A DNA stretch of 64,000 nucleotides. It comes from Candidatus Heimdallarchaeota archaeon. GTDB taxonomy: Archaea > Asgardarchaeota > Heimdallarchaeia > Heimdallarchaeales > Heimdallarchaeaceae. The DNA lies in contig JABCTC010000002.1 in assembly GCA_018238545.1 (NCBI GenBank), positions 64,001 through 128,000 of the forward strand, read 5' to 3'. A program made the translations under genes and the position numbers. Each line of letters opens with the position of its first letter. The first letter of the stretch is position 1. Of this stretch, positions 10,598 to 22,000 are shown piece by piece. The notes under the pieces were generated by a model, which made no database searches, was not told where the DNA came from, and worked only from the letters and a program-made list of their open reading frames with translations.

Positions 10598-11455
10598 TCA
10601 TGGTAATTCTTTTTTAGCTTCACATTGGGGGCAGTACCACCAACTTCCACCTTGTGGAGGGAAATATCTTGTCATTCCAATTCCACAGTTTTCACAAATT
10701 TCAGAATGGTCTTCAAATTCTAGTGCAATTTGTAGAAAATCATGAGTCTCGAAGAAATACTTTGAGAATTTAATAGCATCTAGAATCTTGTCTACTGCAC
10801 CTAATTCTAAAACTGAACCATGAATCCTATGAGTAGTAATGTAATCGTAAGCTTGGCGTGGTTTCAATTTGTCTTCAGCTAATGGTTGTGTTGCTATGTA
10901 CAAGTATTCAGAAGAATTTACAATCATCTCCATAAGACTACGGTTATGTAAACCTAATCCAAGCATATTGAAAGGAAACATGAAGATGTTAAGTTTAGAA
11001 TTTGAGGTAATAAAGAATGAAACAGTACCGATGGGTTCCAAACTATAAATTCCTATGTTATCCCCATACTTCCCTATAGAACTGATAAATTTCGTAACAA
11101 TGTCATTATCCCTTTGATCAACAACAGAATGGTCTAGGAATATCACAAGTGGTTTAAATTTTAATTTATGAAATAAAGTAAGCAGACCATTTATTTCTTC
11201 AAATCTAACAATGATCATGATTTGAAAGTCTGGAATCTCACCATGTAATAAGTTAAGAAAATTTACCATCTGTTCATTATATAAGTAGAATAAACAAGCA
11301 TTTGAGCCTGCTTTAGAAGTTCGTTTAAGAGCAGGTAAGAGTGCTTCATGGTTTTTAAGTAAATGATCATCAGGAATGTCCTCAAACCTTGAATATTTAA
11401 CGGAACCAACTATAGTTTTAGGGATAATATCTTTCAATCTTTCAAATTCGCTCAT
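10598..11455 (-). CDS. Hypothetical protein, aldo/keto-reductase-like barrel remnant with C-terminal Zn ribbon
   Basis: PFNMLG...IATQPLAEDKLKPRQAYDY resembles AKR-like C-terminal segments; CENC...CPQC tail. Confidence 0.45.
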   Translation of the reverse strand: MSEFERLKDIIPKTIVGSVKYSRFEDIPDDHLLKNHEALLPALKRTSKAGSNACLFYLYNEQMVNFLNLLHGEIPDFQIMIIVRFEEINGLLTLFHKLKFKPLVIFLDHSVVDQRDNDIVTKFISSIGKYGDNIGIYSLEPIGTVSFFITSNSKLNIFMFPFNMLGLGLHNRSLMEMIVNSSEYLYIATQPLAEDKLKPRQAYDYITTHRIHGSVLELGAVDKILDAIKFSKYFFETHDFLQIALEFEDHSEICENCGIGMTRYFPPQGGSWWYCPQCEAKKELP

Positions 11456-11536
11456 TGAACTCAAATACAAATACACTAGAGTTTTTTAAAAGTTATCGCA
11501 TTAACTTAAGTCCAACTTATATCTCAGAAAAAAGTA

Positions 11537-12775
11537 TCAAGCTCCTTCATAGAACAAATTATCCCATTCTTTATGGTCAATAAGAAACTGGCATTGATTT
11601 CTTTCTAACATTTCTAAAATATATGGAAGTGATTCATCATGAAGAGGTAAATTTTCCACTTCGCTAGAGTTCATCCTTTTCAGGTCTCTCTTGAGCGTTT
11701 CAAGTAGTATACTATCTTTCTGAATACGAATTGCTTCAAATGATGAGTTCTGTATTATTTTAGATTTTAAGAACGCAATTCGAGATAATACTGTTGAAAC
11801 ACGTCTGTTAAAATGCAACAAACCTTCTGGAATATAGCGGGGTTCAAAGAAAGGGATTTGATATTTCTTACTCATCTCATATCCTATTTTAATAGGATCT
11901 ATTAGATTCAGTTTATGGGAATAATAAGTATCTGGGATCCCACTTGGATGTTCATTTATATACAATTTAGTATATTTCTCAAGAAGTTCAGGATAGTACT
12001 CCTTTATGATGGAAAGCATCTCAACCTTGTGTCTCCCTGGGCGTAGAATTAATCCTCCTGTTATAACAAACTCAGCATTTACTTCTTGACATCTCTTGAA
12101 CAGATCTTCGAGATTCTTTCTTGCATCACCGATGAATGGTAGAAGAGGTGTCATATACACTCCTGCGGGTAAACCCTCTTCTCTAAGTTTTTGAACAGAT
12201 GAAAACCTTTCTTCAGTAGTACTCGCTCTTGGCTCAAAAATCATTTGTTCTTCTTGGTCTGATAATGTTATGGTAAGTGATATTCTTGCAAAAGATTGTT
12301 GATGTATTTTTTTGAGAATGTCAATATCACGAAGAACAAGAGTGTTCTTTGTAAGGGATCTAATAGAAAAACTGAAATCATATGCAATTTGAAGTAATTT
12401 TCTAGTTACTGATAGAACTTCTTCTGCTGGTTGATATACATCACAGATTCCTCCTCCAATGAAAAGAATAAACTTACTTGGGAGATTCTGTTTTGCAGAT
12501 TCGCTGATAGATGGCATAAAATCAACCAAAGTATCTGTACGTTGTCTGTTAACTGGGTAAAATCCTCTTCCTCGTAAGAATTGTTCTAATAGTTCAGGAG
12601 CATTAACTTTAACCTTAATATTGTTGCTGAATTCATCATGGAGGTAGAAGCGTTTTGCTTTGCCATTACAATATTTGCAATCGTGATAACATCCTTGATA
12701 GGGATTGAGATGATACTGTGTTTTGTGTGCAGTATTATGAATTAATGTTTTGGCAATAATTTTCTCTATCTGCAT
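11537..12775 (-). CDS. Radical SAM protein, SplB-like (DNA repair photolyase-related) family
   Basis: LNPYQGCYHDCKYC (CxxxCxxC), DVYQPAE, LTKN.LVLRDID, FEPRAS. Confidence 0.85.
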   Translation of the reverse strand: MQIEKIIAKTLIHNTAHKTQYHLNPYQGCYHDCKYCNGKAKRFYLHDEFSNNIKVKVNAPELLEQFLRGRGFYPVNRQRTDTLVDFMPSISESAKQNLPSKFILFIGGGICDVYQPAEEVLSVTRKLLQIAYDFSFSIRSLTKNTLVLRDIDILKKIHQQSFARISLTITLSDQEEQMIFEPRASTTEERFSSVQKLREEGLPAGVYMTPLLPFIGDARKNLEDLFKRCQEVNAEFVITGGLILRPGRHKVEMLSIIKEYYPELLEKYTKLYINEHPSGIPDTYYSHKLNLIDPIKIGYEMSKKYQIPFFEPRYIPEGLLHFNRRVSTVLSRIAFLKSKIIQNSSFEAIRIQKDSILLETLKRDLKRMNSSEVENLPLHDESLPYILEMLERNQCQFLIDHKEWDNLFYEGA

Positions 12776-12866
12776 CAAAAATCACAAGATTAATCTTAGA
12801 ATAAAAAACGATATTTGAATATTTAAATATGAAAAAATAAAGAAATAAAAGATAAAAAGAAGAAAA

Positions 12867-13178
12867 TCAGCTTTGTTTGAATTCTACTCCAAATCCACCT
12901 TTGGGATTGTTCCAGTCAACACTACCATGAGGACAAACAATACGACAAACTCCACATTCAAGGCAAGCTATGTAATCATACGATACGGGCCCTTCTGCAT
13001 CTTCCCCTTCAATGAATTTATAACAGTCAGTTGGGCAACAATAGACACAGTCATGTGTTGTGCATTTTGCTTTGCATATTGCTGGATCAATGGTTATATG
13101 TGCATAGTTATGATCTGATGTGAACTTTGTTAGATCTAGTTTTTCTTCAATTGTCATGACTTTCTTTGTATCGCTCAT
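12867..13178 (-). CDS. fixX: Ferredoxin-like protein FixX
   Basis: CVYCCP, CLECGVCRIVC, P.GGFGV; overlaps fixC stop. Confidence 0.9.
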   Translation of the reverse strand: MSDTKKVMTIEEKLDLTKFTSDHNYAHITIDPAICKAKCTTHDCVYCCPTDCYKFIEGEDAEGPVSYDYIACLECGVCRIVCPHGSVDWNNPKGGFGVEFKQS

Positions 13179-14470
13179 AATGAATTCAATCCTCCTATAA
13201 CGTCTTTGATTGCTCCTAGAAGCTTAGCTCGTGATAATATGTGCTTGATTGCAGCTCTGGTTATCTTTTCTCTCGGCTTTCCATCATTTTTCAATAACCT
13301 GTAGAAAAGACCATTGATTAGTTCAGGATAATGTGCGAAAATTCTTTCATTTTCGAGGAATTTTGCTGCTCTCTTGAATGTCTTTAGATCTTGGTAAGCG
13401 AAGCTTTTCTTGAGCTCATTTTTGTAAATTTTTGTAGATTTCTTTGTATAGTTGTTGGATTCAAGAATCTTCTTTGCAGCCTCTCCAGCTACTCTTCCGG
13501 ATTCTAAAGCAAAATTTATGCCTTCGATATAGAGACCAGCATTAAGTGCCATTCCTGCTGCATCACCAACTACTATTACACCATTTCCATAGAGTTTAGA
13601 GAGATTTTTGAAACCACCTTCAGGGATCATATGAGCAGAATATTCAATCATTTTTGCATCCTTGAGCAATTTTCTGATATATGAGTGATTTTTGAAATCT
13701 TCAAGAACATCTGTTGCTTTTAGTTTCTTGTCTGCTAATGATTTAGCATTTAGTATTAAACCAAAAGAAAGGGTGTTCTCATTGGTATAGAAAAAACCAC
13801 CACCAGGAACGCCACGAGAATGACCTAAAATCTCATTGCCTATTCCTTCAGTACCTGTAATATGGAACCTTTCCTCAATTTGCTTTTTTGGAAGTTCATA
13901 AGTTTCTTTCATAGCAACTGCATAATGATGAGCATGAGGATGTTTAGCCAATTTAGCTTTCTCAGTTAATATGCGATTTGCACCTTCAGCGATTATGACT
14001 AACTTTGCTCGTAATTCCTCTTCCCCAGATTTAATTCCTACAATCTGCTTGTCCTTCCAGACAAAATCCTCAACCATAGTATCAGGAAGAATCATTGCCC
14101 CAGCTTCTTCAGCCTTTTCGGATAACCACCGATCAAATTTAGGTCTTAAAACGGTTATACCGTTGTAAGGTGTTTGATTGAAATCACGTAAGTCGATGTC
14201 AATTGTCATTGTTCGTGCTTCAGACATCATTGTAATTTTCTTTGTTGTTAGATGTCTCTCAAAAGACTCCTTATCTTCCCAATAGTTGGGGACTAAATTG
14301 TGCAATACAGGACCATAAATAGCTGCACCACTGACATTTTTAGCCCCAGGGTACTGTCCTCTTTCTAATACAGCAACCTCGACCCCAGCACGTGCAAGAA
14401 CCAGAGCAGCTGCACAACCTGCAGGACCTGCTCCAACTATTATTGCCTCAAAATCATATTCTTCGGACAT
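13175..14470 (-). CDS. fixC: ETF:quinone oxidoreductase, FixC family
   Basis: GAGPAG, ERGQYPGAKNVSG, LRPKFDRWL, EYSAHMIPEGG, VGDAAG. Confidence 0.92.
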   Translation of the reverse strand: MSEEYDFEAIIVGAGPAGCAAALVLARAGVEVAVLERGQYPGAKNVSGAAIYGPVLHNLVPNYWEDKESFERHLTTKKITMMSEARTMTIDIDLRDFNQTPYNGITVLRPKFDRWLSEKAEEAGAMILPDTMVEDFVWKDKQIVGIKSGEEELRAKLVIIAEGANRILTEKAKLAKHPHAHHYAVAMKETYELPKKQIEERFHITGTEGIGNEILGHSRGVPGGGFFYTNENTLSFGLILNAKSLADKKLKATDVLEDFKNHSYIRKLLKDAKMIEYSAHMIPEGGFKNLSKLYGNGVIVVGDAAGMALNAGLYIEGINFALESGRVAGEAAKKILESNNYTKKSTKIYKNELKKSFAYQDLKTFKRAAKFLENERIFAHYPELINGLFYRLLKNDGKPREKITRAAIKHILSRAKLLGAIKDVIGGLNSL

Positions 14471-14524
14471 ATGCTTTGAGCTCAAAATATTGATTTATAA
14501 ATAAATCGACTTAACGAAAAAGTG

Positions 14525-15220
14525 TTAATCTTTCATATTGAGTCCATAACCCCAATTCCCGTCTTCATCATAATTGAAGGATTTAAACATGCCAAAAGCA
14601 TTCCAAACCTCATCAAAAACAGGTTGCATAAGTCGCGGTATGTTATCAACTTTGTTAATATCTTCAATGAAAATATCTTCTAATTTCAGATTTTCCTCTG
14701 AATATAAAGTAGGTTGAACACCTAGAATTTCTTTATTTAATTTCATTGTGTAATCCTTAATCTGGGCAAAAGAGAGATACATGAATACTGGAGATTCTAC
14801 ACCAATCCTACGAAACACTTCAAAATAATACGGGATAATTTTCAGTATTTCCTCTTCAAAAGCAATGCTAGGAATCTCTCTCTTTGAAACGATAGTTTTG
14901 ATTAGACTGCCTTCAACAGCTTCAATTATTCCTTTACGGTAAAGGTGAGCATATGATCTTGTATTCCCTTCCAAGTCTGTTGTATAGGTGAGAAAACCAT
15001 CAAATGTGTGACTTGTTTCAACACCAATAGATTTTATTGGAAGTAGATATTTTGGGTTCCTTTCTATAATTTCAATATTGTAATTAGGATCTATTGTCGA
15101 CCGTCCCTCAGCTATTAGATGGAGAATGATTTTTGCACCAGGAAGAAATCTTACTGGAGTGCGATTATTTTGTAATTCTTTTACTCTATCATTACGGAAT
15201 ATTCCATTCACAAATCTCAA
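14525..15220 (-). CDS. Hypothetical protein resembling the C-terminal domain of AlbA_2/Schlafen-like proteins (no N-terminal nuclease-like domain)
   Basis: KIILHLI...FDGFL...SYAHLYRKGIIEAV...PVFMYLS...PVFDEVWNAFG...NYDEDGNW pattern; TTG/GTG start; in-frame TAA just upstream. Confidence 0.55.
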   Translation of the reverse strand: MRFVNGIFRNDRVKELQNNRTPVRFLPGAKIILHLIAEGRSTIDPNYNIEIIERNPKYLLPIKSIGVETSHTFDGFLTYTTDLEGNTRSYAHLYRKGIIEAVEGSLIKTIVSKREIPSIAFEEEILKIIPYYFEVFRRIGVESPVFMYLSFAQIKDYTMKLNKEILGVQPTLYSEENLKLEDIFIEDINKVDNIPRLMQPVFDEVWNAFGMFKSFNYDEDGNWGYGLNMKD

Positions 15221-15399
15221 TCCTTTTACTCTTTTTTAAATATCTTTTCTGCTGATGATACTATATTAGGACAGTTACTGAAGTACTATATTATGTTAGT
15301 GGAGATGGAATTTACTTTAAAGAAATAAACTAGGCTTGGATAATCTAAATGAAATCTTTAGAGCTCAAAATAACTTGAAAAAAAAAGTTAGAAGAGAAT

Positions 15400-16356
15400 T
15401 TACTTTAATTTCTCTTTTAGGATTGGTAGGATTGTATGCATGTCGCCGATGATGGCATAGTCTGCATAATTGATGATAGGTGCGCCTTCATCTGTATTAA
15501 TGACAATTAGCGTTTTTGCCTTAACTCCAGACATATGTTGAGGCGCGCCTGAAATGCCAGCAGCAATATACAAATCAGGAGATACAGATTGACCAGTTTG
15601 ACCTATTTCATAAGTCTCTTCAACCCAATGAACGTCAGTGCAAGCTCTTGTAGCTCCTATTTGACCACCAAGTAAATCAGCTAATTCACGTATAATTTGG
15701 AAGTTTTCTTTACCTGCAACTCCACGACCTGCAGCTACTATTACTTTAGCATCTTTAAGATTTACAGTTCTTTCTGCTTTCTTGATCTCAATGTGTTTCA
15801 CTAATCTGTCTGCATCATCAAAAGTAACAGAGACACTTGTGACTTCTGGGTTAGTTCCTGAAGGATTTTCATCTACAAAGAAAGCTCCTGGTCTAGATGT
15901 TGCAAAAGCAATATCACCAACTACTTGTGTTATTTTCATCGCTTGGTCGTCTCTAACGGGAGTGTGAAAGTGTATATTGTCACCTTCAACCATGAAATCA
16001 ACGAATCTCTGAGCACAAGAAGTATTACTTCTTACTGCCAATCTAGGAATCAAATCTTCTCCATAAACTGTTCCAGCTGCAACAACAAACCTTGGATTAA
16101 CTTGGTTGATTATTTCCATCATGACTTTTGTATATGTTGCACTTAGATATACTTCTAATTCAGGAGAAGTAACAGTAACGACTTGTTGAACACCATGTAA
16201 TCCTAACTCTTGAATCCATTCGTCTTTCAGATCTTTTCCAAGAAGCGCTCCAATTATTTCAGCACCCTTAATGGTTGTTTTAATCTTGTTTAAAATTCCA
16301 AGAGTGTTTTCTTCGATTTTATCATCTCTAATTTGGATAAATACTAATGTTTTCAT
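15400..16356 (-). CDS. etfA: Electron transfer flavoprotein alpha subunit (FixB/EtfA)
   Basis: VAAGRG, IGATR, IGQTGQSVSPDLYIAAGISGAPQHMSG. Confidence 0.95.
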   Translation of the reverse strand: MKTLVFIQIRDDKIEENTLGILNKIKTTIKGAEIIGALLGKDLKDEWIQELGLHGVQQVVTVTSPELEVYLSATYTKVMMEIINQVNPRFVVAAGTVYGEDLIPRLAVRSNTSCAQRFVDFMVEGDNIHFHTPVRDDQAMKITQVVGDIAFATSRPGAFFVDENPSGTNPEVTSVSVTFDDADRLVKHIEIKKAERTVNLKDAKVIVAAGRGVAGKENFQIIRELADLLGGQIGATRACTDVHWVEETYEIGQTGQSVSPDLYIAAGISGAPQHMSGVKAKTLIVINTDEGAPIINYADYAIIGDMHTILPILKEKLK

Positions 16357-16360
16357 TTTA

Positions 16361-17161
16361 TTACGCTCCTAATTTAATTTCATCTTCTTTTAATTTAGCA
16401 AGAAGTTTATCAACCATCTCTTCAGGTTCTCCTTCATTAATGAGGAAGGTTTCTTTCTCGATAACAATGTTCGTAAGTGATATTTGCTTCAAAGAAGCAG
16501 CATCTGCATTAACCTCACTGGTTTCTAATCCCAAATCCGCAGCAGACCAAACAGGTATTACTGCTTTCTTAGCGGCAAGAATTCCTCTCATTGTTGTATA
16601 TCGAGGAATAAAATATTGACTGTCACTGCAACTTACTAGTGCTTTTTGAGGGACTTCAACAATTTTCTTTCCACCTTCTAGAACATGCCCTATTCTAAAA
16701 CCTGAGTCTATAATTTCCATTTCTTCAGCGGTTAAAACGCTAGGAATATTCAACATTTCAGCTAGCATTGCTGGTGCAGCATAAGAACTAGAAGATTGTT
16801 CTTCCACTCCAAGTAGAATCAGATCATAATCACCGATTTTATCCAATGCTTTGGCATAAATTTTGCTTAAAAGATATGGATCATCTGTGTAAAAAGCTTC
16901 ATCAGCTATTTCTATTGCATTTGTGCAACCCATAGCAATTGCTTCTTTGAGAGCTTTGTTTGGTTTAATGCCTCTCACACAGACTGCTGTGACCTCAGCG
17001 CCTTGGCTGTCTTTGAGTTTTAAAGCTCCTTCAATTGCATTTTTGCCTGTTGGGTTGATCACCAAATCATCATCACTTACTCGTGAAGCGTCAAAGTAAT
17101 CTACACCCTGTAATTTTACTTGAGTGCTTACTATTTGCTGTATAAAAACAACGATTTTCAT
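16361..17161 (-). CDS. etfB: Electron transfer flavoprotein beta subunit (FixA/EtfB)
   Basis: INPTGKNAIEGALKLK, AIAMG, PAMLAEML, PRYTTMRGILAAKK; precedes etfA. Confidence 0.92.
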   Translation of the reverse strand: MKIVVFIQQIVSTQVKLQGVDYFDASRVSDDDLVINPTGKNAIEGALKLKDSQGAEVTAVCVRGIKPNKALKEAIAMGCTNAIEIADEAFYTDDPYLLSKIYAKALDKIGDYDLILLGVEEQSSSSYAAPAMLAEMLNIPSVLTAEEMEIIDSGFRIGHVLEGGKKIVEVPQKALVSCSDSQYFIPRYTTMRGILAAKKAVIPVWSAADLGLETSEVNADAASLKQISLTNIVIEKETFLINEGEPEEMVDKLLAKLKEDEIKLGA

Positions 17162-17292
17162 ATTACTCAGAGTGTCTGAAGTTACGTGTTAAATAAACAT
17201 TACGTCCTTTCGGAAAATCAATAATGAGAAAACAGAAGAATTAAGAGGAAAAATGTTAAAAGTTAGTATAACTTACAATCAGTGGTATCGAA

Positions 17293-18351
17293 ATGAAAAT
17301 AGACAAAGAAAGCGTTATTCAAACACAAATAGAATTGAGCAATTTAATTGGCGTTCCAGGGCATGAAGAGGAAGTAGCTGAATATTTACTCATGAAACTT
17401 GAACATTTAAACGTTGACAAAGCTTGGATTGACCCTTTGGGGAATGTTTTAGCAATTAAAGAAGGTACCGACTCTAATGGTTTAAGAATATTATTGGATG
17501 CACATATTGACGAAGTAGGTTTTATGATAAGTCATATCGATGATAAGGGCTTTATCACCATTGAAACTCTAGGTGGGATTGATAAAAGATTGATGTTAGG
17601 AGCATTAATTCAGTTCAAGTCTGAGGGTCAACAAAGGATAATTGGAGTAGTTGGAGCGTCCCCTCCTCATATTACTAAGTCTGAGGATAGAGAAAAAGTA
17701 CCAGATATCAATCAAATGTTTGTGGATATTGGTTGTGATTCATATGATGAAGTTAGACAAAAAGATCTAGATATTGGATCAGTAGGTGCCTTCTATACGG
17801 AATGCAAAAAACTCAATGATGACACCTTATTAGGCAAAGCATTTGATGATAGAACTGCATGCAATGTAATCTTACACACACTAGAAAAACTGAAAGATGA
17901 ACCAATAAAAAATACAATCTTAGTTAATTTTGCTGTTCAGGAAGAAGTAGGTGGAAGAGGAGCTAGAGTCGGTGCTTATTCTTTAGAACCAAGCATAGCT
18001 CTAGCACTTGAAAATACCATAGCTAGTGATGTTCCTGGTGTCCCTCCACAGAAAATTATTACTACAATTGGTAATGGACCTGCAATAACAGCAGCTGATA
18101 GATCTCTAATAGTTCCAAAAAAAATACTGGATAGGATAAAGAAAGCTGCTGAAGAGCTAGGCATTAGTTGGCAATATAAAAAACCAATCTATGGTGGTAC
18201 TGATGCAGGAGTGATATCTGTAAGTAAATCAGGTATTCCATCAGGAGTTATTTCTGTACCATGCCGTTATATACATTCAAACGCGGGGTTACTAAAAGTG
18301 GAAGATATACTAAAGACCATTGAACTTGTTACAAAATTCCTGAAATTGTGA
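17293..18351 (+). CDS. M42 family (TET-like) aminopeptidase
   Basis: AHIDEVG, KAFDDR, QEEVG.RGA, GGTDAG, PCRYIHS. Confidence 0.93.
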   Translation: MKIDKESVIQTQIELSNLIGVPGHEEEVAEYLLMKLEHLNVDKAWIDPLGNVLAIKEGTDSNGLRILLDAHIDEVGFMISHIDDKGFITIETLGGIDKRLMLGALIQFKSEGQQRIIGVVGASPPHITKSEDREKVPDINQMFVDIGCDSYDEVRQKDLDIGSVGAFYTECKKLNDDTLLGKAFDDRTACNVILHTLEKLKDEPIKNTILVNFAVQEEVGGRGARVGAYSLEPSIALALENTIASDVPGVPPQKIITTIGNGPAITAADRSLIVPKKILDRIKKAAEELGISWQYKKPIYGGTDAGVISVSKSGIPSGVISVPCRYIHSNAGLLKVEDILKTIELVTKFLKL

Positions 18352-18357
18352 TTAAGT

Positions 18358-18933
18358 CTAATTTTCTTTATATTTTTCTTCAAATTCATCTTGTAGAATA
18401 TCCATTACTATCATATCATAGTACTTTCCTTGTACGAAAAACACTTCTCTTTTTCTTCCAACTTCTTTCCAACCAAGTTTTTTGTAAACATGAATGGCTC
18501 TTTCGTTGTAGTGAAAAACTCCAAGTTCTATTCTATGAAGGTTAAGCACCCGAAAACCGAATTTCATGAGGCAAATCGTGGCATCTGTTCCATATCCTTT
18601 ATCAAAATTTTCTGGATTATGGATGCCTATTCCAAGCGATGCTGTTCTGGAAGTCGCTTTAATTTCCTCTATACCGCAAGTTCCTATCAATTCACCTGTT
18701 TCTTTATGTTCAATAACAAATGTATAACCTATGCCTTTTTTGGTTCTTTCAATCGTACTGTTTATCCAATCCTCTTCCATTTTATAGGAGATTGGAATAA
18801 TAAAACCTAACCCAATTCTGGTTTGATAATTATTGAAATATTTCATTATGTCGTTTATATCTGTAACCTCTAGAGCTCTTAGTTTCACTTTGTCACCGAT
18901 AAATGGAGAACGAATATTATAAATATCTGACAT
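18358..18933 (-). CDS. GNAT (RimJ/RimL-type) N-acetyltransferase
   Basis: KGYGTDA, LNLHRIEL.V...NERAIHVYKKLG. Confidence 0.9.
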   Translation of the reverse strand: MSDIYNIRSPFIGDKVKLRALEVTDINDIMKYFNNYQTRIGLGFIIPISYKMEEDWINSTIERTKKGIGYTFVIEHKETGELIGTCGIEEIKATSRTASLGIGIHNPENFDKGYGTDATICLMKFGFRVLNLHRIELGVFHYNERAIHVYKKLGWKEVGRKREVFFVQGKYYDMIVMDILQDEFEEKYKEN

Positions 18934-19071
18934 TATCAACCCTTTTCATCTAATATCTTAAGAATATTTAGTTAAAGAAGAAACCATATTCTAATGTGAT
19001 TTAATAATATACGTAAACCACTGTTTATATATCTGAATTTTAGGTGTTAGTATATATAAGCAAAGAAAAGA

Positions 19072-22000
19072 GTGACAGGTATTAGTATGAGCTATATCAA
19101 CATTTTATTACAGAAAACGTTCAAAAGAAGAATAGGAAAAAATGTAGGAACTCTAGTAGCTATAGCTCTTGGTGTCTCCTTAATGGTGGGAGTCCAAATA
19201 ACAATAACAAGTTTTTCCACAACAGCTATAGATTTCTTTGTAGAGGCTATAGGTGAAAACGACATAATAATCAGCGGATTAGGATTTCCTATAACAGATT
19301 ATGAGTCTATTATTGAACAAATTGATGATTCGACGATTGAGTATGCAGCTATTAATGCACGTGTTACGCAAGATGTGGCAGCATACAATCTTGAATCAGG
19401 TATTTTAGAGAAAGGTGTGAGTTTTACGGGTGTTGAGTTAAACGAGGATCCTGTATTCGGGAAGTTTTATGATGAAGAGGGTAAAGAAATTAATAGAGTT
19501 CAATTAATGAATCTCTTCGAAAATGAATCTCATGTTCTTATTGGTTATAGTTTAAAAGATGAACTCAATGTAACTGTCGGATCTGACATAAAAATTCGGA
19601 TTGGCGAATTTGATGGATTCATATTTAATTATATCACCCATGATCTGAAAGTTGCAGGTTTTGTTAGTAATGAAGGGAAAGGGAAAGACTTTGGTGGATG
19701 GGCTATCTGGACAAGTATAGATAATATCAGATCACTTATTGGTTTTGCTCAAAATGACTGTACAGAAATAAACATCGCTCTAAGTTCAAATCATAAGAAA
19801 AATCCTATAGACAATGAGTATGCAATACAGATTGAAGAAGAACTTAAGATTCTACTGGATGCTGAAAATACAGGTTTGTTGATAATTGCATTTCGAGCTT
19901 TACTGCTGGATACTGCTGATGAAATAATATCTAATGTCTTGATTGCTTTTAACCTCTTTGGAGCTCTAATAGTCTTCTCAGGTGTTTTACTTCTTGTAAA
20001 TATTCAACTAATTCAAGTTGAAGATAGAATACAGCAGCTTGGAATCTTAAGAGCTATCGGTTCTAGACGAAGAGAAATTATCAGATTGTTTCTGGTCGAA
20101 TCAACTATATTAGGTGTTATTGGTTCATTTCTTGGTGTAGGAGGGGGATACATAATGTCCATTTTTCTTGTGAATAGAATAGGCAAAACATTCTTTGATA
20201 CCTCAATAGGATTACAACCCATAGTAACAGGAGGAGCGGTAATATATTCAATCGTCCTTGGATTGATACTGGCAGTAGGTGCAGGAATACTCCCAGCAAT
20301 ACGCGCTGCTAGAGTTGATGTAATAGAGGTAATAAGAGGCATAAAGAAAACAACAAGAAAAAGGTCAGGCAATTTCATAATGGGATTAGGGTTTGCATTC
20401 GTAATGGCAGGTATAGCTATTTTCGCAGCCCAAATGATTGTTTATGATTCTTTGTTTACCACGTCTGGATGGGACACAGCTGTAGAACAATGGATGTTTA
20501 TGGGTGGATCAGTTGGATTATTTGTAGGTATAAGTCTCTTGCTGGGATATGTAATTTCTAAAAAGGTTATGGGAAATGGGATTGGGTTGGCATTTATTGG
20601 AACTTCAGTATTAATGCTCATATTCTCCTTACCACAATTAAAAGATGCAGCTGAAAATAGCAAAATTTTAGCTACCTTGGCAGTTGTATTAGCTCTAGGG
20701 TCTATTATCTGGGTAGGAGTTAACCTAAGAACTGTTACTAATTTCATTAGAGGTGTAATGTATAAAACGAAATTAAAGAAAGGGGTTTCTCTAATTGCGA
20801 GTAAGTACATGACCTCAAAATCAATGAGAAGTACACTTACTTTTGGTATTTTTGCACTTGTTCTCACCATGAATATCTTTGCTGGGATCTATCAATCTAC
20901 TTATTCTTATAACACTCTTGAATCAGTTGAATTTTTGAGCGGTGGCGCGTCAATATTCTTAGAGTTAGACACTCCAATTTCCAATGATAGTCTTGTTAAC
21001 GTTGAGCAAGATCTTTATGCTGTTGATGAGGCAATAACTAATGTAAAAGGTATAAATTCTACGATAGCATTTATTCAGGTTGATCCGGAGGTAAGTGACT
21101 TGCACATTCCGGCGGATATATTTCCAACTTACGTAAACATGATCTTTAATGACACATTAAAGGATGGAGATGAATACGTATTTGATTTTATGTTTGATCT
21201 CTCATTGCCGTTTTTCTTTGATGATTACAAGCCTGCAGCTGCAGAAGAGTATCAGAGACAATACAGTCACAATATATGGGATTTCTTCTATAATAGGACT
21301 AAATTTAGTGTTGATGGTTCTTCAATAGATAATGAAAATGGTTTGCTTACCGTAATCTCTACAAGTCCTATGCTAGCGGCAGGGGACAGGTTTAACCTCA
21401 CTGGTTTATTTACAAATCCAACTGAAGTAATTGTTATCGCAACTGTAAGACAATACCCATTCAGCCAATCTAGAGGGCTGCCTGCTCTATTGATAACTCC
21501 GGATTTTCTAGGAAAATTAAGTTACAATTTTGCTTTATTCCCAAAACATACAAGGTTTTTAATTAGTACTTCTGAGGATTTTAGAGAAGGAGAAAATACG
21601 AGAATAGCAACGAAAATCGAGGGATTCTTTAACAGCAATACTTCTGTCCTGGTCCAAAACGAGGATTTTGTAGCAGCATCTGCATATAATGTATGGGATG
21701 TGATGTTAGAACTAGTTGACTTTCAAGTTAGAACCTTTGACTTCCTCCAATACTTTGTAGGTTTTGGGTTAATTGTTGGAGCTCTTGGAATGATAATTAT
21801 TGCAGTAAGAAATGTTTCAGAAAGAAGAAGAGAAATTGGGATGATGAGAGCGATAGGATATAAGAAAAGACAAATAATTGCTTCAATAATGATAGAGCTC
21901 CTCATTCTAGCTTTTCTGGGACTTATAATTGGCTTTCTAAATAGTGTTATTCTAGGATTGTCCTTTGCGATTGTGTACGATTGGTTACTAATAATACCTG

